From Promethearchaeota archaeon (GTDB lineage Archaea; Asgardarchaeota; Lokiarchaeia; Sigyniarchaeales; SOKP01), in the NCBI GenBank assembly GCA_016930515.1, contig JAFGGO010000074.1:4790-68789 (forward strand): 64,000 nt of DNA. The letters are read 5' to 3'. The position numbers were made by a program, and so were the translations under genes. This document shows positions 50,352-59,600 of this stretch, one piece after another; position 1 is the first letter of the stretch; each line of letters starts with the position of its first letter. The notes under the pieces are model-generated. The model saw only the letters and a list, made by a program, of their open reading frames with translations. It was not told the DNA's origin and searched no databases.

Positions 50352-51071
50352 TTACAGCTTGTTTAGCAATTCTTCTTTCTCTTCTACACTCAATAATTTA
50401 AACTTTCTATCTTTTTCCAGGATGAACGCAACATCACACGTGTTTTTATTTAAATTATCACCCATGATCTCCTTCAGTGTTTTTAAGGGTAATAACTTGA
50501 GTTCATCCTCACTCATATCTTCCTTGTAGTTCTTCTCAAGAAAGGTTCTTGCTTCAGTTGCTCCAGATCCGATCGCAAAAGCGAAATACGACCATAGCGC
50601 CCCCGAAGGATCTGTCAAGAAAAGCGAAGGTTTCCCGTCTGCATCTATTCCAGCAATTAAAAAACTCACACCAAAAGGCCTTACTCCTGCGTTTTGCGTG
50701 AAAGCTTGTTTGTATTCACAAATATTTAGCGTGCTATCTTTCACGCTAATTTTTTCATCGTAACTCAATAAATTTACTTGGGCTTGAATTCTTGCTCTAT
50801 CAATGAGTACTCTCGCATCTGCGGTTAAGCCAGCGATTGCCACACCAATGTGATCGTCAATCTTGAAAATCTTTTCGGAACTATCCGTGTCTGCTTGAAG
50901 TTCAGACGACCTTTTTTCAACAGCAAAAACAACAGTTTTTTTATTCTTACATACTATTGCTGTTGTTCCTCTTCTTACAGCCTCAATGGCGTACTCTACT
51001 TGAAATAACCTCCCTTCTGGAGAAAATTGAGTAATAGCCATGTCGTAGCCTCTTCCCGCTTGCTGGAACAT
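50352..51071 (-). CDS. psmA: Proteasome alpha subunit
   Basis: YDMAITQFSPEGRLFQVEYA N-terminus. 239 aa. Confidence 0.95.
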   Translation of the reverse strand: MFQQAGRGYDMAITQFSPEGRLFQVEYAIEAVRRGTTAIVCKNKKTVVFAVEKRSSELQADTDSSEKIFKIDDHIGVAIAGLTADARVLIDRARIQAQVNLLSYDEKISVKDSTLNICEYKQAFTQNAGVRPFGVSFLIAGIDADGKPSLFLTDPSGALWSYFAFAIGSGATEARTFLEKNYKEDMSEDELKLLPLKTLKEIMGDNLNKNTCDVAFILEKDRKFKLLSVEEKEELLNKL

Positions 51072-51271
51072 AATTTACATGACACCTGATTTTTTTTAAT
51101 CGATTTGTATGTTTTTGTTTTTTTTTACTATTTTAATACTAATTAATTAATGTTAAAATAAATATTTTTTTTAAGCTATATTCGAATATCATAAATTCTT
51201 TTTTCAAAAAAAAAATAATAAAGAAAAATAACTCCTCTATTGATTGTAAATCTAAAGCAATGGGAGCAATT

Positions 51272-52297
51272 CTAATCTTTATTCGGAGGTTTTTCTTTTA
51301 ATTTTGATTCGAGATCTTTAATTTTCTTTGCTTGTTCTTCGATCTTTTCTTCCTTCTTTTTTTCTTTAATTCCAGATATGGAAATATTTTTCAGATTCAG
51401 CAGTTTTTTAATAAATATCCAAGAAGCAATTAGAATTCCCACGAGGTAAAAGATGTTTATCGTCCACATGTAATCATTAATCTCCTGATAAATCACGAAA
51501 TTTACAAAAGGTAGTACGCAAGCAATAATTCCAACAACTATCATGGATATAAGCATTGCAACCCGTTCGTATTTTTTTTCCTCCATTCTGAAAAAAATAT
51601 ACACTCTTAACCAATACATCACATAAATAAAGGTCATAGGCGTAAAAATGAAAGTTCCTAACGAAAATACTAGTAACGCGTTAATAGCAAACTTATTTCG
51701 CCACAAATTTAAAAATTCCTTTGTTGTTTTTTGGTCTTGAACCATGACTTTTGCGTGTTCGTCTCTTGCTTGAAATACTTTCTTTTTAACATTTCTCCCG
51801 AATTGTTTTAATCCTTTTTTTGCCCACTGGGTTTTACCAATTTCAGCAGCTTCTCGAAACTTGCCCTTCGCTATAGGCCAGATATATAAATTTATCAGTA
51901 AGGATACAATACCATATAAATAAATGATGTTGTTAATAAGAACATACACCCACGACCATTGGCTTGAGTTTCCAAAAGAAGCGCTCTTTCCTATAGCACT
52001 CGATATAATGTTATATAAAGCATAAATAATTAAGATGAATGGTACGATAATCTGAAATATTAAAATTGCTTTTGTACCTTTTTTACCAATTTTTTCCTTG
52101 CCTTTATTTAGGAGGAATAAAAAAGCTCCTGCGATTCCTAAGATCAATCCAAAGCCCGATAGAAACTTCAAAATCCAAAAAAAGATCAAGAACGAGAATG
52201 CCGTGATTCTTATCCAGAAAATTATGATTAAGAACATTAGAATTGTTGTGACTAACAATCCAACTAGATAAATTATGTTAAATTTTTTAGAATCCAT
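51272..52297 (-). CDS. Polytopic membrane protein with Lys/Glu-rich coiled-coil tail
   Basis: 341 aa with about 8 TM segments. C-terminal KEKKKEEKIEEQAKKIKDLESKLKEK. Co-oriented 47 nt downstream of the profilin-like pair. Confidence 0.4.
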   Translation of the reverse strand: MDSKKFNIIYLVGLLVTTILMFLIIIFWIRITAFSFLIFFWILKFLSGFGLILGIAGAFLFLLNKGKEKIGKKGTKAILIFQIIVPFILIIYALYNIISSAIGKSASFGNSSQWSWVYVLINNIIYLYGIVSLLINLYIWPIAKGKFREAAEIGKTQWAKKGLKQFGRNVKKKVFQARDEHAKVMVQDQKTTKEFLNLWRNKFAINALLVFSLGTFIFTPMTFIYVMYWLRVYIFFRMEEKKYERVAMLISMIVVGIIACVLPFVNFVIYQEINDYMWTINIFYLVGILIASWIFIKKLLNLKNISISGIKEKKKEEKIEEQAKKIKDLESKLKEKPPNKD

Positions 52298-52344
52298 TAG
52301 TAATAAGATTATTCAAGGAAATATAAATAAATTCCTTTTATTTC

Positions 52345-52728
52345 TTAACCCCACGCTAATTTGTTGATCAAAATGGACCATTCAAGGAGTATGATTTCTG
52401 TTTCTTGTCCGATGTGAGCTATGAGATAATCACCCTCGTTGGTGATGGATCCTACCACGCTCCCCATTCCGTCTGAAGTGTTTTTTGCTGCAAGTTGTAT
52501 CTCTTCTTTTTTAACCATCGCGTATCTATAACCATTGTAAGCAATTGCGCTTTCCTTATTTTTCCAAGAACTTAGAAGATTTCTTGCTTCTTCAGCAGAT
52601 AAAGTGTCTTCCCCGTGACGATAAAGAATCTCACCCGTCTCGTCGAGTAAGATCACCTCTAATATTCCCTTGTATACATTTAGATCGTCTACGATGCGGC
52701 TAAACTTTTCTTGTTCCATCACGCTCAA
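52345..52728 (-). CDS. Profilin-like protein (paralog B)
   Basis: 127 aa. The pattern GEILYRHG..LSAEEARNLL...NGYRYAMVKKEEIQLAAKNTSDGMGSVVGSITNEGDYLIAH ... C-terminal helix INKLAWG fits the profilin topology (G.KY..i......i.gK...G.G.v..kT). Confidence 0.55.
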   Translation of the reverse strand: MSVMEQEKFSRIVDDLNVYKGILEVILLDETGEILYRHGEDTLSAEEARNLLSSWKNKESAIAYNGYRYAMVKKEEIQLAAKNTSDGMGSVVGSITNEGDYLIAHIGQETEIILLEWSILINKLAWG

Positions 52729-52767
52729 CTTTGGTTCTTAATCATATACATTTTAAATTTAATATCC

Positions 52768-53190
52768 TCATTTCCAAGCGACCTTGTTGATGAGTACTGA
52801 CCATTCCAAGATCATGCCCTCGTCTTTGGTATGAGCCACAATGTAATCTCCGTCCTTGGTAATCGATCCTACGAGATTTCCTTTTCCTTGTGCAATGTTC
52901 TTTCCTGCCAGCTGAATTTCGTCGTTTTTTAGGATTGCGAACCTGCTTCCTTGAAACATCAAAGCTTTTTCCTTTTCTGTCCATGTTTTAATTATGCCCT
53001 TCGCTTCTTCTTCGGATAGCTGAAAATCTCCCGATTTATACTTGATGTTTCCTGATTTATCCAGAAGAAAAACCTCTTCAACAGCTTGGTTTTCTTTTAG
53101 TTCAGATAGCACTTCTTTAAACTTATTTTCGTCCATTTCAATCGTTAAGTTTTTTAAATTCTCTTTTATTCGTGAAGACAATCTTATCAT
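52768..53190 (-). CDS. Profilin-like protein (paralog A)
   Basis: 140 aa. About half its residues are identical to paralog B over the core (FQGSRFAILKNDEIQLAGKNIAQGKGNLVGSITKDGDYIVAH ... INKVAWK). Confidence 0.55.
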   Translation of the reverse strand: MIRLSSRIKENLKNLTIEMDENKFKEVLSELKENQAVEEVFLLDKSGNIKYKSGDFQLSEEEAKGIIKTWTEKEKALMFQGSRFAILKNDEIQLAGKNIAQGKGNLVGSITKDGDYIVAHTKDEGMILEWSVLINKVAWK

Positions 53191-53282
53191 TTAAATGTTT
53201 TTTTAACCAAACACAGTAGGAAAAATTTTTTACGCTCCAAACATTTAATTTTTCAAGTGCTTCTTTTTTATGGTTTATTTAT

Positions 53283-54071
53283 ATGGTTAAAAAATTAGTT
53301 TTATTCGATAAAATTCACAACATCACCTCGGAACGGGCAAAACGAGAAACATTCTCAAGATATTTGAAATACATTAACGAATTCACGAAAGGATTTGATA
53401 GAACGAAAGTATCCCTGAAGAAATTGCGAGAATTCGACAAGCGATACGCCGTTGAAATACTAGGACCGGAAGAAATATTTCTCTCAAATATCTTGAAGAA
53501 AGAAATAGGAACCATAACCGAGTTCAAGGAAGTCAAGGTTGGCACGGAATTCAAGGGAACGATGGTCGATGTTGGTAAGGTCGGATTTGGTATTTTTGTG
53601 GATTGTGCAATCCTTAACCCGAAAGTTGATGTTCTACTACCTTTGGTCACCTTAAGGGAACAATTATGCAACGATAGGGATATCTCGACTCGCGATATCA
53701 TTAAAACATATGAATTCATCGAAAATTACCCTGTATACATTAAAGTTGTTAAAATCGATGTAGATAAGCAGACGATTCAAGGTGAATTATCGAAAAGAAC
53801 GCTTGATATCTTTCACAAGATCGTGTCCGAAAACATTGAAGGAATTATTGCGAGCGGTACCACAAAAAACCAATTAAAAAAAGCGCTCGTGAATTCCGGA
53901 CACCTACGAGATATCGTATCGACAGAGAGGTTTTCTTTTTTAGAACACTTGGTCTTATTGAAAGATAACACGGACGCCCCTGGAATCATCGTAAGTATAG
54001 GAAAAAACTTGAAACGCTGCAAATTAAGCGCCTTAAGAGCAAAGAAAATAAGTAAACTCTTAGCTATTTAA
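53283..54071 (+). CDS. Conserved archaeal protein with a central S1/OB-like segment (DUF2110-like, tentative)
   Basis: 262 aa. GTMVDVGKVGFGIFVDCAI ... VDVLLPLVTLREQL resembles an OB/S1-like core. The family name is from memory only. Confidence 0.35.
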   Translation: MVKKLVLFDKIHNITSERAKRETFSRYLKYINEFTKGFDRTKVSLKKLREFDKRYAVEILGPEEIFLSNILKKEIGTITEFKEVKVGTEFKGTMVDVGKVGFGIFVDCAILNPKVDVLLPLVTLREQLCNDRDISTRDIIKTYEFIENYPVYIKVVKIDVDKQTIQGELSKRTLDIFHKIVSENIEGIIASGTTKNQLKKALVNSGHLRDIVSTERFSFLEHLVLLKDNTDAPGIIVSIGKNLKRCKLSALRAKKISKLLAI

Positions 54072-54182
54072 TTCTTAATTTATTCTTGGGATAATCTATT
54101 TAGAGGATGATTAATACTCCAGAAAATATTACAGATCAATAAAATCTAATAAATTTCTCCAGATATCTCTTAAATTCTTCTA

Positions 54183-55676
54183 CTATTTTTTAACTATATT
54201 AAAATAATTTAGAAAAAAATCTGGTATCGAAATTTTATCTTTCTTCAATTTTTCAAGAATTAAATTTATATCTACTAAATTATTTTTAATTGTTTTTGTA
54301 AAATCGTCAGTATCAGTGAATTTAGTGAAAATATCAATCATGTCCAATTTCAGTTTATCGATTTTGGCAATATCTTTTTCGTATAAATTTATCTCTCGCT
54401 TATATTTCTTGATATATTCGTATAAGTTTTCACAAAAAGATTCAAAATTGTTAGAACTGAACTCAATCCCTTTTTTATTTCCCAAATCAAAATAACCCAG
54501 ATTTTCATCAGTTAAATCAATTTGATTCAAATCTGTCCAGGTTAAATCTAATCCTTTAATTGGAATTATTTCAATATCGTTAGATATTGCCAAAGCAATT
54601 TCATGCTGGCAGGCACTAGATTTTATTGAATTATTAGTCCCAATAAATATTAATAACTGACTCCTGGGTACTTTTTCGTCCATAAACTCTTGAATATCCC
54701 CAATAAGGTCTTCTTCACAGACAAATACTTCGTAAATTTCTTCACGATTTTCTAAATAAACGCTAAGATCTATAATGCGATATAATTCTTGATCGTCCCA
54801 AGCATGACTGATAAATACGGTAATATTTGCTTTTTTTCTACAATATTCTAAGATAGCGCTCTGATCTCGTTCTAAGATATCAATTGAATCATTATCTAAT
54901 GGATTTCCATTTAGGTATATTTCTTTAAGATTCTTTAGTGGCCAAATAATACCTGGAATTGATTTGAAATTATTTTTTCTTAAATCAAGAGTATTAAGTG
55001 AAATTAAATGCTTAAAGGATTCAGGAAGTGTAAATAATTTATTTCTTTGAAGTTTGAGAACATGTAGCGATTCTAAATTTCCAATCGATTCTGGAAGGAT
55101 TTCCAATTCATTTAAATCTAAATTTAACTCTTTAAGGTGCTTTAGAGATCCAATTGATTCCGGGAGAATTGATAAATTATTTTGAAACAAATTTAATTCT
55201 TCTAACGACTCAAGTTGTCCAATTTTTTCAGGTAATCTTTCTAAATTATTTTTAAAAATATCCAATTTCTTCAGTGATTTAAGATCACTAAAGGATTCGG
55301 GAAGTTTGTTTAGTAAATTATTGCTAATTTGAAGTATTTGAAGTGATGATAAATCTCCGAACGATATAGGCAATTTTTTTAACAGATTTTTATGAAGAAA
55401 AATTTTTTTTAATGATTTAAGGGTACAGATTGTGTCTGGTAGCAATGTCAATTCATTATTAGATAATACAATCGTTCTTAACGATGTTAAATTTCTAATA
55501 GTATCTGGAAGCACTTTTAAATTGTAGTTATAGAGACCTAAACCTACGATGTTATTATCTTCAATTTTAACTCCAAACGCCGTATCGTGAATCTTTTTTA
55601 TTCTAGGGAACTTCCTTCCAATTTGTTTTTCTAATCCCTCTAAAAATTCTTGCTGATCTTTTTCTAAATATCTCAT
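54183..55676 (-). CDS. Leucine-rich-repeat protein with C-terminal TIR domain
   Basis: About 9 LRR units of 23 aa (LxxLxxLxLxxNxLxxLPxSxxx, residues ~40-262). Then a TIR-like block VFISHAWDD ... LLIFIGTNNSIKSSACQHEIALA ... IIPIK (residues ~283-425, nt 54402-54830). Confidence 0.75.
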   Translation of the reverse strand: MRYLEKDQQEFLEGLEKQIGRKFPRIKKIHDTAFGVKIEDNNIVGLGLYNYNLKVLPDTIRNLTSLRTIVLSNNELTLLPDTICTLKSLKKIFLHKNLLKKLPISFGDLSSLQILQISNNLLNKLPESFSDLKSLKKLDIFKNNLERLPEKIGQLESLEELNLFQNNLSILPESIGSLKHLKELNLDLNELEILPESIGNLESLHVLKLQRNKLFTLPESFKHLISLNTLDLRKNNFKSIPGIIWPLKNLKEIYLNGNPLDNDSIDILERDQSAILEYCRKKANITVFISHAWDDQELYRIIDLSVYLENREEIYEVFVCEEDLIGDIQEFMDEKVPRSQLLIFIGTNNSIKSSACQHEIALAISNDIEIIPIKGLDLTWTDLNQIDLTDENLGYFDLGNKKGIEFSSNNFESFCENLYEYIKKYKREINLYEKDIAKIDKLKLDMIDIFTKFTDTDDFTKTIKNNLVDINLILEKLKKDKISIPDFFLNYFNIVKK

Positions 55677-55697
55677 GATTTCTATAATAATGTGTAA

Positions 55698-56291
55698 TTA
55701 AATGTTTTTTTTGCTTAAAAATGACGCACCGATCATGTGTGCAATTCTTATACATTCGGGACTGTTAGAACGCTGGCTCGTTTTAATAAAGATTTGTTTA
55801 ATTATATCTGCTGTTAAATCTCCAACGGAATAATGAAAAAACAAGGGTTTACTATTGGATTTAATCGTTACTTGCTCAATTCTAACTCGAGTAAATACGT
55901 CCCATCTTGTCTCCCAATCTTCAAAATGTTTTTGTAATGCTATTTTTATGGAATCAAAATTAGGATTAGTATCAATGACACTAATTGTCGGTAAATCCGT
56001 TAATTTTGCCAGTTCGTCAATATCAACAATATTAAATCCACCAAATGTAATGCCATTGAGCATTATCACGCGTATTTGACCGTAATGTTTACTTGTTCTA
56101 ATCATTTCGGCTAACTTTTCAGTAGCGTCCGTGCCATCTATTTCGATTTTTACTTGCTCTATTCCTTCAATGTTTTGATTTCCCCTAGTAATTACACCAA
56201 ATACCCTAGTTTTTCCTTTTGTATGAGGGATGAACGGGGCGTCATCAATACCTATAGCTCTAATTTCATCCTTTATTTTGGTTAATTTCAT
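55698..56291 (-). CDS. DUF99 (UPF0215) endonuclease V-like archaeal protein
   Basis: AIGIDDAPF N-terminal motif and RVIMLNGITFGGFN block. ATG at 56291; the tracked ORF opens further upstream. Confidence 0.7.
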   Translation of the reverse strand: MKLTKIKDEIRAIGIDDAPFIPHTKGKTRVFGVITRGNQNIEGIEQVKIEIDGTDATEKLAEMIRTSKHYGQIRVIMLNGITFGGFNIVDIDELAKLTDLPTISVIDTNPNFDSIKIALQKHFEDWETRWDVFTRVRIEQVTIKSNSKPLFFHYSVGDLTADIIKQIFIKTSQRSNSPECIRIAHMIGASFLSKKNI

Positions 56292-56484
56292 ATAAAGCCT
56301 GCGTTTTTTGATGAGTGTTTTAATTTTAATAATTATTGTAATTACAATCAATCATCATTATAAAATTCAACTAAAACTATTAATCATTAATTATTTCCTT
56401 TATATGAAATTAACCAAATTAAATAAAACTTAATATACTTTTGAAAGCAGTTCAAAAGGGAATAAACTATAAAAATATGGTTAG

Positions 56485-56509
56485 TGAGCCCAGGGAGGGT
56501 CGAACTCCC
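56485..56509 (-). pseudogene. Orphan tRNA 3' fragment (T-arm + acceptor 3' strand + discriminator)
   Basis: The minus strand reads GGGAG-TTCGACC-CTCCC-TGGGCTC-A. There is no anticodon arm or 5' half nearby. 21 of 25 positions are identical to the 3' end of tRNA-Val at 60181-60256, and one stem difference is compensatory. Confidence 0.55.
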
Positions 56510-56622
56510 GAAGGATAGGACTATCTTTATTTGAAAAAAAAAAGAGACATTTAAGTTAATTTTATCACATCCTTTACTACTGATAGTTTTTTGTGTGTTT
56601 TTATTTTACCAATTCATAATGT

Positions 56623-59600
56623 CTACTCTAACAAATCCTTAAATGTATGAAGATTTCTTTTCAAAAGATGGTTAATATATTCAACGACTTCTTCTTTAGC
56701 ATCTTCGTTGCCAGATTTTAATATGGTACTGAGAACATCTTTAAATTCGCTTTCGAAGAGAATGAATCCATAAGAGATGTGCTTTTCGCCGATAATTTTT
56801 AAGCATTCGAGCGTTTGAACGGGAAATTCGCTGGCGTATTCCTTTAAAATATCTATGATGTAATAAGAATTCCCGTTCTTGGCAAGTCGGAGTAGTTCCA
56901 AGTATCGATCGATCGTCCAATCCTTATCGAAAATGGAATGTTTAAACCAATAAGAAAATCCTTGTAGTTCTTCTTGATATTCCGATGGATTTCCGGTTCT
57001 CACGCACTCTAATCGAAAATCAAATAGATCCATGAGGCGTTCCTTGATTTTTTCAAAATCCTCTTCCTCTTTATATTTTTGTAAATTAACTCCTATGTTT
57101 CTTACAAGGACTTTTCTGACATCATCAGGAGCGTTTTCAAAAAAGCGACGAATCAAGGATTTCTCGTCCTTTACATCTTCCAAGCCATCAATGTATGAGA
57201 GCGTGATGTGACTCGCCAAATATTCGGTCGGAATTGGAACGAGCTTGGGCTCATCTTTTATCTTTTCTATGGAATAAAGGTAAAAGGGTCGAAGTAATTC
57301 AAAAGAGTTAATGGTAACGCGATTACGATGAAGGTATCCGGACCACGCGGCTTCGAAGAAATCCAGTTTTGCGTCTTCTAAGGGAAAAATTTCGTTAATG
57401 TTTGCTTCTACCCACCCTGGATTTATGTCATACAAAAATGTGATGTGATATCCGATAATATAACTTGTAGTGTGAAGGGGTTCTTGAAACAAGCTTTCGA
57501 GTAATTTTAACGCTTTTGAGTAAAATTCTTGATTCCGATCGGAATCTTTCACCCACGATAGGTATGAAAAAACGCACTCTAATGAAACACCAAAAACCGA
57601 ACTAAGGCGCGTCTGCCAGGGCATCCAATTTTTCCCAATGTCTTGGATCTCTTTTTCGATGGTGAGGCTCCGCTCTTTCAGAAGCGTTTCGATGATGGCC
57701 CAAATTTTAGTCTCGAAATCGAGCAAGATTGCGTCAGAATACAAGCTCACGCGAAGGAAATCAGCAACGGACCATAGGATGTCTCGCCTATGATTGGCCT
57801 TAAATTGGCTCGATTCTTCGCTAATTATCAATTCTTTCGTGATTTCCTCGAGAATTTCAAGCAATTCTTTCAAGTTTAAGGGTATTTCTATTTTCAAGGA
57901 ATTGTTCAAGCCATCAATTACAAAAGAGGCGTACCTGTGAAGCTTCGGTTGTTTTAAAGACGCGTCAAGTAATTGAATGAACTTGTCGGGGTTATTGGGA
58001 ATGTGATCTCGAATTTGTCTTCCTAAACCTACTTTAGACGATTGAAAGAGTTTTTTATCCTCGTAAGCTACCAAGAATGATTCCAGTTCTTCAAGCGATT
58101 TTTCTTCGAGTTCGCTGTCGGTGAGCGGGCTAAAATCGCCGATAATGACGCCCTCGTCTTTAAAAAGTTCAATGGATTCTATCTCGCTTATTGAAAAACC
58201 TAATTCTGCGAATGATTCTCCATCTAGATATTTGTAAATGGGTTTGAGCAGCTCTTTTTGCCGATGTTTGATGTAGTGTTCAATCACTTTTTTTGATGGT
58301 TTTTCCTCCTTATCTTCCCAGAAATGCTTGATTTCGGCATCTTGGTTAACAATAAAGTCAACGTAATCACTTTGGGTTTTCTCGGGCATGTTTTTAAATT
58401 GATTTTCCATTAAAAGGAATAACTCGAAATTTTTTTCGATGTCCTTAAATATTGCCTTACTAAAATCGATCTGGACCAAAAAGTCCTCGGATAAGCTTGG
58501 AAATTTTCGATAAGCGTGATATTCCAAGCGCCTAAATATGAGGTAATTGTACTGTTTGAGTAAGGTAATAACATCTGGAAAGCTGTCCTTAGCGTTTTTT
58601 CCAACGTGTTCAATGCCATCTCTTGCAAAATCCACCAAGATGTTTCGAAAATTCAAGTGAATCGGTTTTTCGTCGATTCTTTTGCGCCAGTATAGGGACT
58701 GGTCGTTAATCGATGTTTTATCCCTGTTTTGCAAAAACAACGAAATGGATACTTGGAGGTTGGTCAGTATGAGTCGAATGGTTTTTAATGGGTATTTATT
58801 TATCATCTTGGGAAATAAATCGTTTAGCATTGACCTGTAGGAGTAAGATTCCGTTTCTTCTTGAAAAGAATCCCCTAAATTGAAATTCGGGTATCCGTAA
58901 AACGTGCTATGGTCTTTATCAGTTAATTCCCAGTATTGATTGAATTTTTGGTCTAATTGTGCCTGTAATTTTTGGTCGTGTTCGATGATCTCGCATTTGA
59001 TTTCCACGATTGACCAAATCAAGTTGAATGCCTCTTTTTCGGTTCCTTCTTCGATGAGTTTTAACGCCAAGTTTTTTATCACGGAATAAATCGAAGGATC
59101 GTAAGTGGGCAGTTGGCCCATCCACTTTTTTATTTGCTTGATCATTGTTTTAGCGTGTTTTATGGGCATATCAATGAGGCATTTAATGAAGTAAAAACGA
59201 GCACCAAGATGATCGGTATCTGAATGCCTGAGGATGATTTCCAAAACCTTATCGGGTTTATTTCTCGCAATCTTTAACAAATAAAGTGGTTCAACGCAAT
59301 TTTCTCCTAAAAGAGGTGTTTTATTAAACGTGCCTTTTTGGTCCAACAATTCGAGCCAATTCGGGTGTTTTAAATTCTTGAAAAAATATTCGTAGGCGGA
59401 CATGTTTTTAATGAGAGAAAGCGCCGTTTCTACCGTTTCCATCGTTGGATTTTCGTTTTCCAATAAAGCATCGAGTTCGCTCATGGAATCGTATATGGGA
59501 CCGTGGATGGAAAGGACGATGTTTTCTAGCAAGCGAAGGTTGTTTTCAAAAGTACCATAATTAATAATGCTTATACGATGATGACATAATTTAACGAAAT

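Noticed and set aside
52742-52984. 80-aa minus-strand ORF rich in Arg/Lys, overlapping profilin-like paralog A in another frame.
   Set aside because: It is an alternative frame of a better-supported gene, and its composition (RKRKSRR) is typical of an out-of-frame artefact.
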